From an uncultured archaeon (lineage in GTDB: Archaea; Aenigmatarchaeota; Aenigmatarchaeia; QMZP01; JACQNV01): DNA of 64,000 nucleotides. The notes under the pieces are model-generated. The model did no database searches and was not told the origin of the DNA. It was given only the letters and a program-made list of their open reading frames with translations. Shown piece after piece: positions 36,689 to 45,272 of the stretch. How positions within the stretch are numbered: the stretch's first letter is position 1; each line of letters opens with the position of its first letter. The stretch lies in assembly GCA_964410585.1 (NCBI GenBank), contig CAYPFW010000002.1, forward strand, positions 78,207 through 142,206, given 5' to 3'. The position numbers and the translations under genes are program-made.

Positions 36689-37417
36689 ATGAGATTTCCA
36701 ATAGTTGTCAAAAGAGGATTTGGCGAGCATATCGAATACTCAAATTTATCAGCCGGCCTTCAAGAATCATTGAGAGATTTGGGTGTTTTAGATCCAAAAA
36801 CAAATCAACCTCGGCAAAATTATTTTGATCTTGAAATAGCTGAAACTCCTTTGGTTGTGTGTTTGAATGAATTTTTTGACCTAACTCCACAATTTCACAT
36901 TGGTTGTTCACTTGATGAAAGGCCTCCGAGTTTTAGTTTTTTAGCCTCTTCAGGATCATATGAAACAAGAGAAGGCAAATTTCATTTATCTTATACAAGA
37001 CACCTAAAATGGGATGTTTTTGCATGCGGTGATTTTTTGAGAAATGATCAAGGTCATAGGGATCTACATGCCACTGCATCTGCTTTCAACGACAGAAAAA
37101 ATTATGTAGAAGGTATATCAGTTGGTTGGCACGGTTGGTCTGGTGAAATGATTGGGGATAGGAAATCTGGATTCTATGGCGATAGAGTTTATTTGGAAAT
37201 GGATGCACAGAGACCAGAAAGATCAAAGCTTGTTTATCAGGAAAAATTAGAGCCTAAATTGAGGGCTCTTATAGAAGGCAATTTACCACAAGGTCAGGAT
37301 TATCCTGTTTCCGATGCTATTTTTTCATTGATGAAAATGGCAAGCAGAGTTTTCGCAACAAAATTAGATGTTGATTCTAACAGACAGAAAATAGAAAAAG
37401 CATGCGAGGGACTTTAG
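36689..37417 (+). CDS. Hypothetical protein in the lipid cluster
   Basis: 242 aa, no motif recognised. Confidence 0.3.
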   Translation: MRFPIVVKRGFGEHIEYSNLSAGLQESLRDLGVLDPKTNQPRQNYFDLEIAETPLVVCLNEFFDLTPQFHIGCSLDERPPSFSFLASSGSYETREGKFHLSYTRHLKWDVFACGDFLRNDQGHRDLHATASAFNDRKNYVEGISVGWHGWSGEMIGDRKSGFYGDRVYLEMDAQRPERSKLVYQEKLEPKLRALIEGNLPQGQDYPVSDAIFSLMKMASRVFATKLDVDSNRQKIEKACEGL

Positions 37418-38286
37418 AACTCATATATTTCCGGACCAATCTGCCCAAACATGACGATCCTTTTCTTTGGTTTTGTTGCAAACTTTTTGTAGACCATTGA
37501 AAGCTCGTCTTCTCTCTTCTTTCTTATCCAATCTGTCTCACCTTGTTTGTAGCTTTTTCCATATTGCTGTCCCCTATGCAAAAGCATGCTCCTGAAGGAT
37601 GCAGCAATCAAAAAAATCAATTCTTTATCGCTCCAAGTCGAGCTCATTGATCCATTCTGCGCATACAAAAAGCTGTTCCCTTCTAATTTTCCAGGCAACC
37701 AAAGACCTTCGTTCACTTGACCCTTTGTGTGTTTTACAATCACATTTGCATTTGGCAATTTTTCAAACTCTGAATTGTGTGTTGCCCATTCAGAAGAATA
37801 ATCAATCAAAACAAAAAGCTCAAATTTGTTTTTTGATGTCTCTTTTTCCAGGCTTTCCAAGGCCTTCCTGAAAATATCAGCGTGTGGATACTTCATGTTT
37901 TCCAAATCGCCGACAAACCTGAGCCTAATATTGTTTTCTTCTGCAAATTTTTTGTAGACACCAACCTCTTGAACAAGTGCATCAATAATTTCTTTGTAAT
38001 TGTCCCTGACTCTGTGCTTTTGTCCAGTTGTCAAAACATAGAACCTTTTTGCTCCAAGAAGATTCAATAAATGAACAAGCCTCAAAATAAACAGTCCACC
38101 ATCAAAATAAGCTTCCCAGCCTTTCAAGTCTGTTGAAGTCCTTGTTCCGTCTGTGAGTTCATACATTACAAGGTCTTCTATCTCTTTTTTCCTGTCTTTT
38201 ATCTCCAATTTCTCGAGCCACTCATCGAAAATTTTTTGGGCTTCTTCCTTTGATATAAATTTGGGTAGTTTTGCCTCCATATCCAA
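37414..38286 (-). CDS. cis-Prenyltransferase (UPP synthase family)-like protein, N-terminal motif degenerate
   Basis: NIRLRFVGDLENMKYPHADIFRKALES...LFVLIDYSSEW resembles the UPPS central region. The canonical DGNRRWA motif is not clearly present. Confidence 0.45.
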   Translation of the reverse strand: MDMEAKLPKFISKEEAQKIFDEWLEKLEIKDRKKEIEDLVMYELTDGTRTSTDLKGWEAYFDGGLFILRLVHLLNLLGAKRFYVLTTGQKHRVRDNYKEIIDALVQEVGVYKKFAEENNIRLRFVGDLENMKYPHADIFRKALESLEKETSKNKFELFVLIDYSSEWATHNSEFEKLPNANVIVKHTKGQVNEGLWLPGKLEGNSFLYAQNGSMSSTWSDKELIFLIAASFRSMLLHRGQQYGKSYKQGETDWIRKKREDELSMVYKKFATKPKKRIVMFGQIGPEIYEF

Positions 38287-38304
38287 ATGTATTAAAATTG
38301 GGGT

Positions 38305-39363
38305 TTATATAATTCCCGTTTTCCTGCAAATCTCTAGAACAAGTTTTTCATCCAAAGGTTTTTCATCTAAAATCGTGTACCTCTTCCTCGTGTTTTTTGC
38401 TTCCAAAAAAGCTTTTACCAAAACGTCTTGGGGAATTTTTAAATCAGCTGCTTTTGTCGGCGCGCCGAGATCTGAAAGCAGATTTTTTATTTTTTGCCAG
38501 TTGGCTAGTTGTTTCAATTGTTGTCCTGAAAAGCTCTGGTTATTCTCTGGTTTTTGTGACTCTAAAAAACTACCTTGTAAATAGGAAAAAAATATCGTCC
38601 CAATTCCAACCTGTTCACCGTGCAAACCAAATGGGCCAAGCCTGTCCAAAGCATGTGAAAACATATGTTCAGCACCAGAAGCAGGCCTTGAAGAACCGTG
38701 CAATGTCATAGCCATGCCAGAGAAAATCAAAGACCAAACTAGGTTCTTCATTCCTTTTTCTGTTTTATTTTTTATCTCTTCAACAGAAGAAGAAACCAAA
38801 TCAGCGCACATCAAAGAAAGGTTGGCTATTGGTTCAGAATACTCTTCACCTTTTTTTGCACCAAGCCTCCAGTCAAAAATTGAAGTATATTTGGAAATTA
38901 TGTCAGCAGCCCCAGAAGCAGTTGTCCTGTATGGTGATTTTGAAAGTATATCCAAATCAGCGACAACGCCAAAGGGCGTAGTTGCCTGAATAGAAGAATA
39001 TTTTCCATCAACTGTCAAAGAAACATTTTCTGAGACAATCCCATCATGTGCGCAGGCAGTTGGTACAGAAATAAATGGGATAGCTTTCCTGTGTGCTGCT
39101 AATTTTCCAACATCAATTACCTTTCCCCCACCAACAGAAATTATGCAATCTGCTTCTTCTTTCTCAACCTTTTCAACCTCTTCCATTGTAGAGTCTTTTA
39201 CAACTATAATTTTGCCTTTGAGAAGCTCTCTTATCCTTTCTCCTGCAATTTCTTTCGTTATAGAATCAGCAACTACGAGCGGTTTCTTTCCTTCTACAAC
39301 TTCGCCTATTTTTTCTATTGCCCCGCCTTCAACAAGAACTTTTCTCGGTAGCCTAGACATCAT
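38305..39363 (-). CDS. egsA: Glycerol-1-phosphate dehydrogenase [NAD(P)+] (archaeal ether-lipid backbone)
   Basis: Fe-ADH/DHQS-like fold with GGGKVIDVGK and DGIVSENVSLTVDGK.. has typical G1PDH signatures; 352 aa. Confidence 0.8.
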   Translation of the reverse strand: MMSRLPRKVLVEGGAIEKIGEVVEGKKPLVVADSITKEIAGERIRELLKGKIIVVKDSTMEEVEKVEKEEADCIISVGGGKVIDVGKLAAHRKAIPFISVPTACAHDGIVSENVSLTVDGKYSSIQATTPFGVVADLDILSKSPYRTTASGAADIISKYTSIFDWRLGAKKGEEYSEPIANLSLMCADLVSSSVEEIKNKTEKGMKNLVWSLIFSGMAMTLHGSSRPASGAEHMFSHALDRLGPFGLHGEQVGIGTIFFSYLQGSFLESQKPENNQSFSGQQLKQLANWQKIKNLLSDLGAPTKAADLKIPQDVLVKAFLEAKNTRKRYTILDEKPLDEKLVLEICRKTGII

Positions 39364-39638
39364 ACGATTTCCACTCTTCCCAAAATCATCTGCCGCAAAG
39401 GACAGCTATTCATAATACTAAACCAATTCCTTAAATACGTTTACTGCACTTTAGTCCTTGTTTAGGGACAAATCAAAACCAGCAAAAGGCGAAACATTTA
39501 TAAATCAAAACAGCATATAGTAAATAGTTATTTGCAAACATCTGCACAATGTGTTTTTGTTTTGCAGTTGGATCTTTTGGTCCAACAAAGTTTAAAACCG
39601 AAATTAAGCTCAATTAAGGTTTTAAAGGGGGAAATTAT

Positions 39639-39944
39639 ATGGCGAAAAAATCAAAAAGAGCAGCTAAAAAATATTATTCCCTACACAAGGGAAGCAAAGA
39701 AGTTGCTGTTTTCACAGGAAGACAGCCTAGACAAGCAGCTTTAAAAGCAGCAAGCAGGGGCCACACAGACATAAGATTGAGAGAAAGAGGCCGAAGAAAC
39801 AGGGACGGTACATACACTGTCCACAAATTCAAAGGAAGCAGAAAACAAGTTGCTTCACCAGCTGACAGACCAGATTGGTTACCAGCAAAGGTTTGGAAAG
39901 CCAATGTAAAAAAGCTTGGTGTCGACAGAGTTAAAAAATTATAA
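39639..39944 (+). CDS. Chromosomal protein MC1
   Basis: VFTGRQPRQAALKAASRG...IRLRERG...VHKFKG...PDWLPAKV aligns with Methanosarcina MC1. Confidence 0.8.
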   Translation: MAKKSKRAAKKYYSLHKGSKEVAVFTGRQPRQAALKAASRGHTDIRLRERGRRNRDGTYTVHKFKGSRKQVASPADRPDWLPAKVWKANVKKLGVDRVKKL

Positions 39945-39995
39945 GTTTATAAAATTTGAGGACGTTATGTCCTCAGATTTATTTTTCTATTTCTA

Positions 39996-40427
39996 ATGAA
40001 AACTTTTAAAAAACCTTCTGCTGCAGCTACAGTTGCTGTTTTTGCAAAAGACACAAATTCTTTCCTATTGATCCGAAGACAAAAAAATCCATTCAAAGGA
40101 AAATATGCCTTTCCAGGCGGCTTCTTAGATACTGACAAAGAAGACCTCTACCAAACAGCTGTTAGAGAATTAAAAGAAGAGACAGGTGTAAAAATAGGCA
40201 GAAACAACCTCAGACTTATTGATGTTAGGTCTGGGCCAAAACGCGATCCAAGAGGACACGTCGTTGATGTCGGCTTCATTTGTATTCTAGAAAAAGCACC
40301 AAAATTAAAAAGAGGAGATGAAATCCCAGTTTGGGTTCATGTGAATAAAATTGATAGGTTAGATTTTGCTTTTGACCACAAATTGTTTTGGAAAAATCTA
40401 AAAGCTTACCTAAACAACCAAAAATAG
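39996..40427 (+). CDS. NUDIX hydrolase
   Basis: Nudix box GKYAFPGGFLDTDKEDLYQTAVRELKEETGV. Confidence 0.8.
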   Translation: MKTFKKPSAAATVAVFAKDTNSFLLIRRQKNPFKGKYAFPGGFLDTDKEDLYQTAVRELKEETGVKIGRNNLRLIDVRSGPKRDPRGHVVDVGFICILEKAPKLKRGDEIPVWVHVNKIDRLDFAFDHKLFWKNLKAYLNNQK

Positions 40428-41261
40428 CAAACCCCCATACAGAGCAGTCGCCAAAACAGCAAGTATGAAAACAGGTGCAAACCTTATTCCTTCTTTGATG
40501 TAAACAAATCTTTTTGTCTTTTTTAGTTTTGCCAGTTCTTTTTTAGTCAGTCCTCTCCACTTGTCCTGAACCAAAACATCGCCTTCTCTTAGATCTTTTG
40601 TCGAAATTTTTTTCACAAAGACCTTGCTTTCAATTACCTTTGTATATTGGACAAAGAAAAATAGGGCATAGAGGATGCCAACAGCTGAATAAAAGTGGAA
40701 AAGGAAGGCAGAAGTCAAACCAAAATAAAAAGTGAAAACAATTAAGACAGCAAAAAACAAACCTGTGACCCCGTATATACTTTTCCTATTTTTTCTAAGT
40801 GAAGAAGAAAATTCCTTCCCGACTTTTTTATTTTTTGCCCCCAAAACAATTGTATAGGCAAGTATGTAGAAAAGGGATATTAGAAACAAATTGAAAATCA
40901 AAGCCAAATAAAATGGGATATTTGATGAAAAACCGCCAAGGAAAAGCATGCTCTCTTTGTCTGGAAAAAGAAAACCCATTGCCCCAAGTAGCCAAGCATC
41001 ACCATCTCCCCACTGCTTTGTGAAATACAAACCCATGCCAAGAGCCAAAAACAAAAGTCCAAATAAAACAGAATTTGTAATTATCAGCAAATTTCCTGTA
41101 TATGCTGCAAAAATTCCTCTGATGGCCAACGCAGAAATAATCATGCCATATGGAAGCCAATCTGCAAATTCAGTGTACCTCAAATCAAAATAAGCAGCTG
41201 CACCAAATCCAAGTATACCAATTGCAAACAAAATAATCTCGATCATGCTATATATATTCAT
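40410..41261 (-). CDS. A24-family prepilin peptidase-like membrane protein (PibD/FlaK-like)
   Basis: Polytopic, with candidate catalytic Asp contexts AAYFDLRYTEFAD and WGDGDAWLLG. Confidence 0.45.
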   Translation of the reverse strand: MNIYSMIEIILFAIGILGFGAAAYFDLRYTEFADWLPYGMIISALAIRGIFAAYTGNLLIITNSVLFGLLFLALGMGLYFTKQWGDGDAWLLGAMGFLFPDKESMLFLGGFSSNIPFYLALIFNLFLISLFYILAYTIVLGAKNKKVGKEFSSSLRKNRKSIYGVTGLFFAVLIVFTFYFGLTSAFLFHFYSAVGILYALFFFVQYTKVIESKVFVKKISTKDLREGDVLVQDKWRGLTKKELAKLKKTKRFVYIKEGIRFAPVFILAVLATALYGGLLFLVV

Positions 41262-41278
41262 CTGATCGAATAAATAAT

Positions 41279-41968
41279 ATGGATGTAGTCAAACCAATTG
41301 GTGATTCATGGAGATTTTGCAAATCACATAGATCAATTTTCTATCCAGGCATTGTTTCTGCTTTGATGACTTTGATTATCTTAGCATCTTATGGATTTCC
41401 AGTTACTAATTTTAATCCTCAAAACATCAACACATTTCTCATCATTGCTGTGACAATTATAAGCTTGGTTGTTTCCAGTTTCACTGCTCTTTGGACAGTT
41501 TCAATTGTAAATTCTGGGGGGAAAAAATCAGCATCTCAAGCAGCAAGTGAGGCCCTATCTAGGTTGCCATCTGCTATAGGGGGTAGTATTCTGCTATCGC
41601 TTATCCTGGTTGCGGGTTTTGTTGCACTAATTATACCTGGAATATATCTCATGGTTAGATTGATCTTTTTCTATCAATCCATAATAATTGATAAGAATGG
41701 TGCTATTCCATCCCTTAAACAGAGTTGGAATTTAATAAAAGGAAAATGGTGGGATACTTTCGGCTTTTTGATACTCTTGACTCTAGCATCTTTTGTGTTT
41801 TTGATTCCATACTATGGACTTTTCTTTATGTCGCTGATTAGCGCCTCTTTTATCTTCGGAATACTCTCATTCATCTACATGGCAGCAATTTCAATCTTCC
41901 TAACACCATTCATATACGGAGCGTTTACGTTCTATTATTTGGAAATAAGAAAGGAGCGCAAAAAGTAA
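41279..41968 (+). CDS. Hypothetical polytopic membrane protein
   Basis: 6 predicted TM segments; no motif. Confidence 0.35.
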   Translation: MDVVKPIGDSWRFCKSHRSIFYPGIVSALMTLIILASYGFPVTNFNPQNINTFLIIAVTIISLVVSSFTALWTVSIVNSGGKKSASQAASEALSRLPSAIGGSILLSLILVAGFVALIIPGIYLMVRLIFFYQSIIIDKNGAIPSLKQSWNLIKGKWWDTFGFLILLTLASFVFLIPYYGLFFMSLISASFIFGILSFIYMAAISIFLTPFIYGAFTFYYLEIRKERKK

Positions 41969-41997
41969 CTTTATATAAAACAAAAAGAATAAAGAGT

Positions 41998-43356
41998 ATG
42001 AGGCAACTGTATTTGATTCTGGTCTTGCTTTTGATACCTTCGCTTGTTTTAGCAGAACCTGTCGAAATATCTATCAATCCTCAAAGTGCAACAATTGAAT
42101 ATAGGAGAGAGTCTAATTTCACTCTCGAAGTCACAAACAACCAAAACTTCACAGACACCTTTACCTTTAAACACATTGGAGCATATTCTCAGTGGGTTTC
42201 CTATTACAATACAACGGTAACTGTCAAAAATAACTCAAAGGAAAACATTACCTTTGTAATCTTCCCTACAAACGATATAGGAAAATATGTTTATCAGCTA
42301 ACAACTCAATCCAAAAAAAATTCATCTGTGAATGATACACAGGATTTGGCTTTCACAGTTTTCCATCCAGAAGGCGTGCTTTTGAAAGAGTATTATCCTA
42401 GATGGCAAGGAAAAATCTTCCCAAACTTCTTTGTTAAAACAGTTGAAAAAAGGCTAGTCACAGTTTTAATGGAAATAATAGACCAAAATGGAAAAATTGT
42501 TGAGAAAACAAGCGCCTCAAAAGAGATAGATGGCGAGGGCAATGTATTTGAGTTTGTTGAGATAGGAAGCTTGGATCCAGGAAAGTATACTCTAAAATCC
42601 CAAATAGAAGGCACATCAGTTGTAAAAGAGCAGGAAATAGAAATAGAATCAAATGAAAGTGTAAAGATTGATAGAAAAGTTGATTCTAACCCACTTTTCC
42701 AAGAAGTGAAAATCTCAATCACCAATTTAGGGAACACACCTCAAAAAAATTACCAAGTCTTTGAAACTTTGGGTGTAGGAACACCAGTTAACTTTATTAC
42801 AAAATTCTCAGGTTTGGAAAAACTTGATGATCAAATAAAATATGAATTTAAAGTAGCAGAACTAAAACCAGGTGACACAGTTGAAATTGTTTATAGGATA
42901 GAATATTGGCAGGGAATGTTAATAACCCTGATATTAATAATAATTGCATTAGGTGTTATGATTTGGTACGTGAACAGGCTGAGAAATCCAAGGATAAGGA
43001 AGAAGTATTTGAAAAAGAAAACTGGGTTTACTGTTGTCCTAGAAATAAGAGGATCAATGTTCAACGACTTGAAGAACGTAACTATCAGAGATTGGGTAAG
43101 CCCGCTTGCTAAGGTTAAGCAAAATTTTGAGACCTTAAAACCAGTTGTTAGAGGCTCTGATGTTGGCACAGAGCTGATATGGAAGCTCGGTGATTTGGCT
43201 AAAGGCGAGGACAGAGTCATCCACTACGATATAGAGCCTGTTCAATTGAGTACGATAAAATTAGACAAAGCCTGGATGCGATACTCTAAGACAGAAGATA
43301 AACAATACAAGAAGTTTTCTAATGTAATTGTGGTGGACGCATCTAACAGTGCCTAA
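41998..43356 (+). CDS. Secreted protein with signal peptide, beta-rich ectodomain and C-terminal TM anchor
   Basis: N-terminal signal; TM LITLILIIIALGVMIWYV near the C-terminus. Confidence 0.4.
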   Translation: MRQLYLILVLLLIPSLVLAEPVEISINPQSATIEYRRESNFTLEVTNNQNFTDTFTFKHIGAYSQWVSYYNTTVTVKNNSKENITFVIFPTNDIGKYVYQLTTQSKKNSSVNDTQDLAFTVFHPEGVLLKEYYPRWQGKIFPNFFVKTVEKRLVTVLMEIIDQNGKIVEKTSASKEIDGEGNVFEFVEIGSLDPGKYTLKSQIEGTSVVKEQEIEIESNESVKIDRKVDSNPLFQEVKISITNLGNTPQKNYQVFETLGVGTPVNFITKFSGLEKLDDQIKYEFKVAELKPGDTVEIVYRIEYWQGMLITLILIIIALGVMIWYVNRLRNPRIRKKYLKKKTGFTVVLEIRGSMFNDLKNVTIRDWVSPLAKVKQNFETLKPVVRGSDVGTELIWKLGDLAKGEDRVIHYDIEPVQLSTIKLDKAWMRYSKTEDKQYKKFSNVIVVDASNSA

Positions 43357-43368
43357 TTTTCGATTTCT

Positions 43369-44028
43369 ATGAATACAAATAGTGAAGCAAAAAGAATTCT
43401 GTGTTTTGGTGATTCGAATACATGGGGCCATGTGCCAATGGGAATGGCGAAGAAAAGATATTCAATCAAAGAGCGCTGGCCTGGAATTCTACAAAAGAAG
43501 TTGGGTAAAAGCTACGAGGTAATAGAAGAAGGTTTAGGTGGAAGGCTTACAGCTTTTGATGACCCAAGGCCAGAATTCCCTGAAAGAAATGGGTTGAAAA
43601 GCCTTCCTGCTATTTTAGAAACACATCTACCTTTAGATCTTGTGATAATCATGCTAGGGACGCCAGATACAAAAGAAATGCTTGGTTTTGATGTGAACAA
43701 AATAAAAGAGGGGATGAAGAAATTGATTTTGACAGTCAAGGATTTTAAAACACTGGATGGAACCTCACCCCCGAAAATTTTGATCGTTGTTCCGCCAATA
43801 GTCGATGACCAAGCTGGCTTCGCATCAAAACTGTTCAAAGGCGGCACTGCAAAATCAAAACAACTTGTAGACTCTTATAAAAAACTGGCAGAGGAAGAAA
43901 ACATCTTTTACCTAAATCCAACAGACCAAATAAAAGTTGACAAAGAAGACGGTGTACATATCGATTCTGGGGGACATAGGAAATTGTCTGAGTTGGTTTA
44001 CAGGAAAGTTTTGGAGATAGGTCTATGA
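43369..44028 (+). CDS. SGNH/GDSL-family hydrolase
   Basis: Block I LCFGDSNTWG; 219 aa. Confidence 0.75.
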   Translation: MNTNSEAKRILCFGDSNTWGHVPMGMAKKRYSIKERWPGILQKKLGKSYEVIEEGLGGRLTAFDDPRPEFPERNGLKSLPAILETHLPLDLVIIMLGTPDTKEMLGFDVNKIKEGMKKLILTVKDFKTLDGTSPPKILIVVPPIVDDQAGFASKLFKGGTAKSKQLVDSYKKLAEEENIFYLNPTDQIKVDKEDGVHIDSGGHRKLSELVYRKVLEIGL

Positions 44029-44107
44029 AAAAGAAATGCATTCTTTGTGGTTGTCCAGATCATTGTCTAGTTGGTTGTATAAAACACAAGAGGGGAAAAC
44101 ATAAACA

Positions 44108-44413
44108 CTAAGACACAAAAACATTTCTAAGTTTCTCAGTGAAAATGCTTCTTGGATACACTTTGCATCCCACTTCTTTTGCTTTTCTTATCAGCTCTGC
44201 ATTTTTATGTGAGCAAAATCCCAAAACCTTTTCTGGGAACCTTTTGGCAATATCAAAGCTTCCCTCTTCTTCCAAATCTAAAATTAGGTGGTCAAATTCG
44301 CCAACTAAACCATCGGGCGAATTAACAAACTCAAAATCTGCACCAAGCCTTTTCAACTCAGCCTCAATTTTCGCCCTGAAAAAGAGATCTTTGACAAAAA
44401 CTAGAATTTTCAT
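44108..44413 (-). CDS. Hypothetical small protein (possibly a receiver-like fold)
   Basis: 101 aa, MKILVFVKD... alternating beta/alpha pattern; weak. Confidence 0.3.
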   Translation of the reverse strand: MKILVFVKDLFFRAKIEAELKRLGADFEFVNSPDGLVGEFDHLILDLEEEGSFDIAKRFPEKVLGFCSHKNAELIRKAKEVGCKVYPRSIFTEKLRNVFVS

Positions 44414-44433
44414 AAAAACCTCATGATAGAAAA

Positions 44434-44688
44434 TCAGTAAACAGTGCTTCTATGATCTATTTTAACAATTCCAAGAAGATTGTTGCCCTTATCAACCTCA
44501 TATAAAATCCTATAATCACCAACTCTGACTCTGTAAATATTTTCAGTATATCCTTCAATTTTCTTCACTTCTTGTGGAAATGGGTTGCTTCTAAGTTCCT
44601 CTATCTTGTTGAGAATTCTCTCAGCTAATTTTTTATCTATTCTTTTGAAGAACTTTAGTGCTTGACTAGAATATCGTACTGTGAACAT
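44434..44688 (-). CDS. RelE/ParE-family type II toxin
   Basis: 84 aa, ...YRVRVGDYRILYEVDKGNNLLGIVKIDHR matches the RelE/ParE C-terminal signature. Confidence 0.65.
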   Translation of the reverse strand: MFTVRYSSQALKFFKRIDKKLAERILNKIEELRSNPFPQEVKKIEGYTENIYRVRVGDYRILYEVDKGNNLLGIVKIDHRSTVY

Positions 44689-44882
44689 TACAATCCTAAT
44701 TCTTTTTTTAGTTGCTCGTGAGAAATGAGTTTGCCTGAAGATTTCTCTTTCCTGTAAGCTAATAGTGACTCATAGTCGTCTTCAGTCATTATACTATCTA
44801 TATCTACCATATGATCTTTTATTTCGTGTATTTCTTTCTCTATTTTGTTCAATTTTTCCAAAACCATTTGTTGGGTGTCCAT
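44688..44882 (-). CDS. Putative antitoxin partner of the RelE/ParE toxin
   Basis: 64-aa acidic helical protein; its stop overlaps the toxin start (ATGA junction at 44688). Confidence 0.5.
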   Translation of the reverse strand: MDTQQMVLEKLNKIEKEIHEIKDHMVDIDSIMTEDDYESLLAYRKEKSSGKLISHEQLKKELGL

Positions 44883-45037
44883 ATGGTTAATAATTGTTCA
44901 GTGTATATAAATAATTTCTGATGATCATTCGACTAAAAAATAAAAAATCCCGGGAGTGAGACACTCGAAAAGTTGGTAAACCAACAATTTATCGAATTCG
45001 TGGCTCAGTTCTTTGAACAGACCGCTTATGTATAATA

Positions 45038-45090
45038 GTTTTCTTTGGGTACGGTAGACTTTCTTTTTCTAAAAGAAAGGCTAGCACTCA
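45038..45090 (+). ncRNA. Copy B of the repeated intergenic element: 5' box TTTTCTTTGGGTACGGTAGA, 9-bp hairpin CTTTCTTTT/AAAAGAAAG (loop TCT), 3' box GCTAGCACTC; followed by a 110-nt GC-rich stretch (45091-45200)
   Basis: Near-identical ends to copies A, D and E. The adjacent GC-rich segment contains long-range complementary blocks (TATCGG/CCGATCG). Confidence 0.45.
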
Positions 45091-45272
45091 CGACCTATCG
45101 GTGTCTGAACGATTGCGTTTGGCAAATGCTAAACTGCACGCGCCTACAGCCGATCGCTCTAAGCCACTGGGCTACCCCGGGATTGTATTATTTGCAACGA
45201 GTGATTTATATTAGTTTTTGGATGAGCAACTCAATCAACGCTTTTAATCCAATATATTCAACTAATTATATG

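Noticed and set aside
45081-45183. Possible tRNA gene on the minus strand in the GC-rich block (GGGGTAGCCCAGTGGCTTAGAGCG...)
   Set aside because: No T-arm (TTCRAAT) or consistent D/anticodon stems could be formed. It resembles a tRNA only at the first 20 nt.
45045-45272. N-terminal 76-aa extension of the serine hydrolase ORF
   Set aside because: The extension covers element copy B and the GC-rich non-coding block. The protein family begins at MKFVIFHGSFG (45273); the extension has no protein-like composition.
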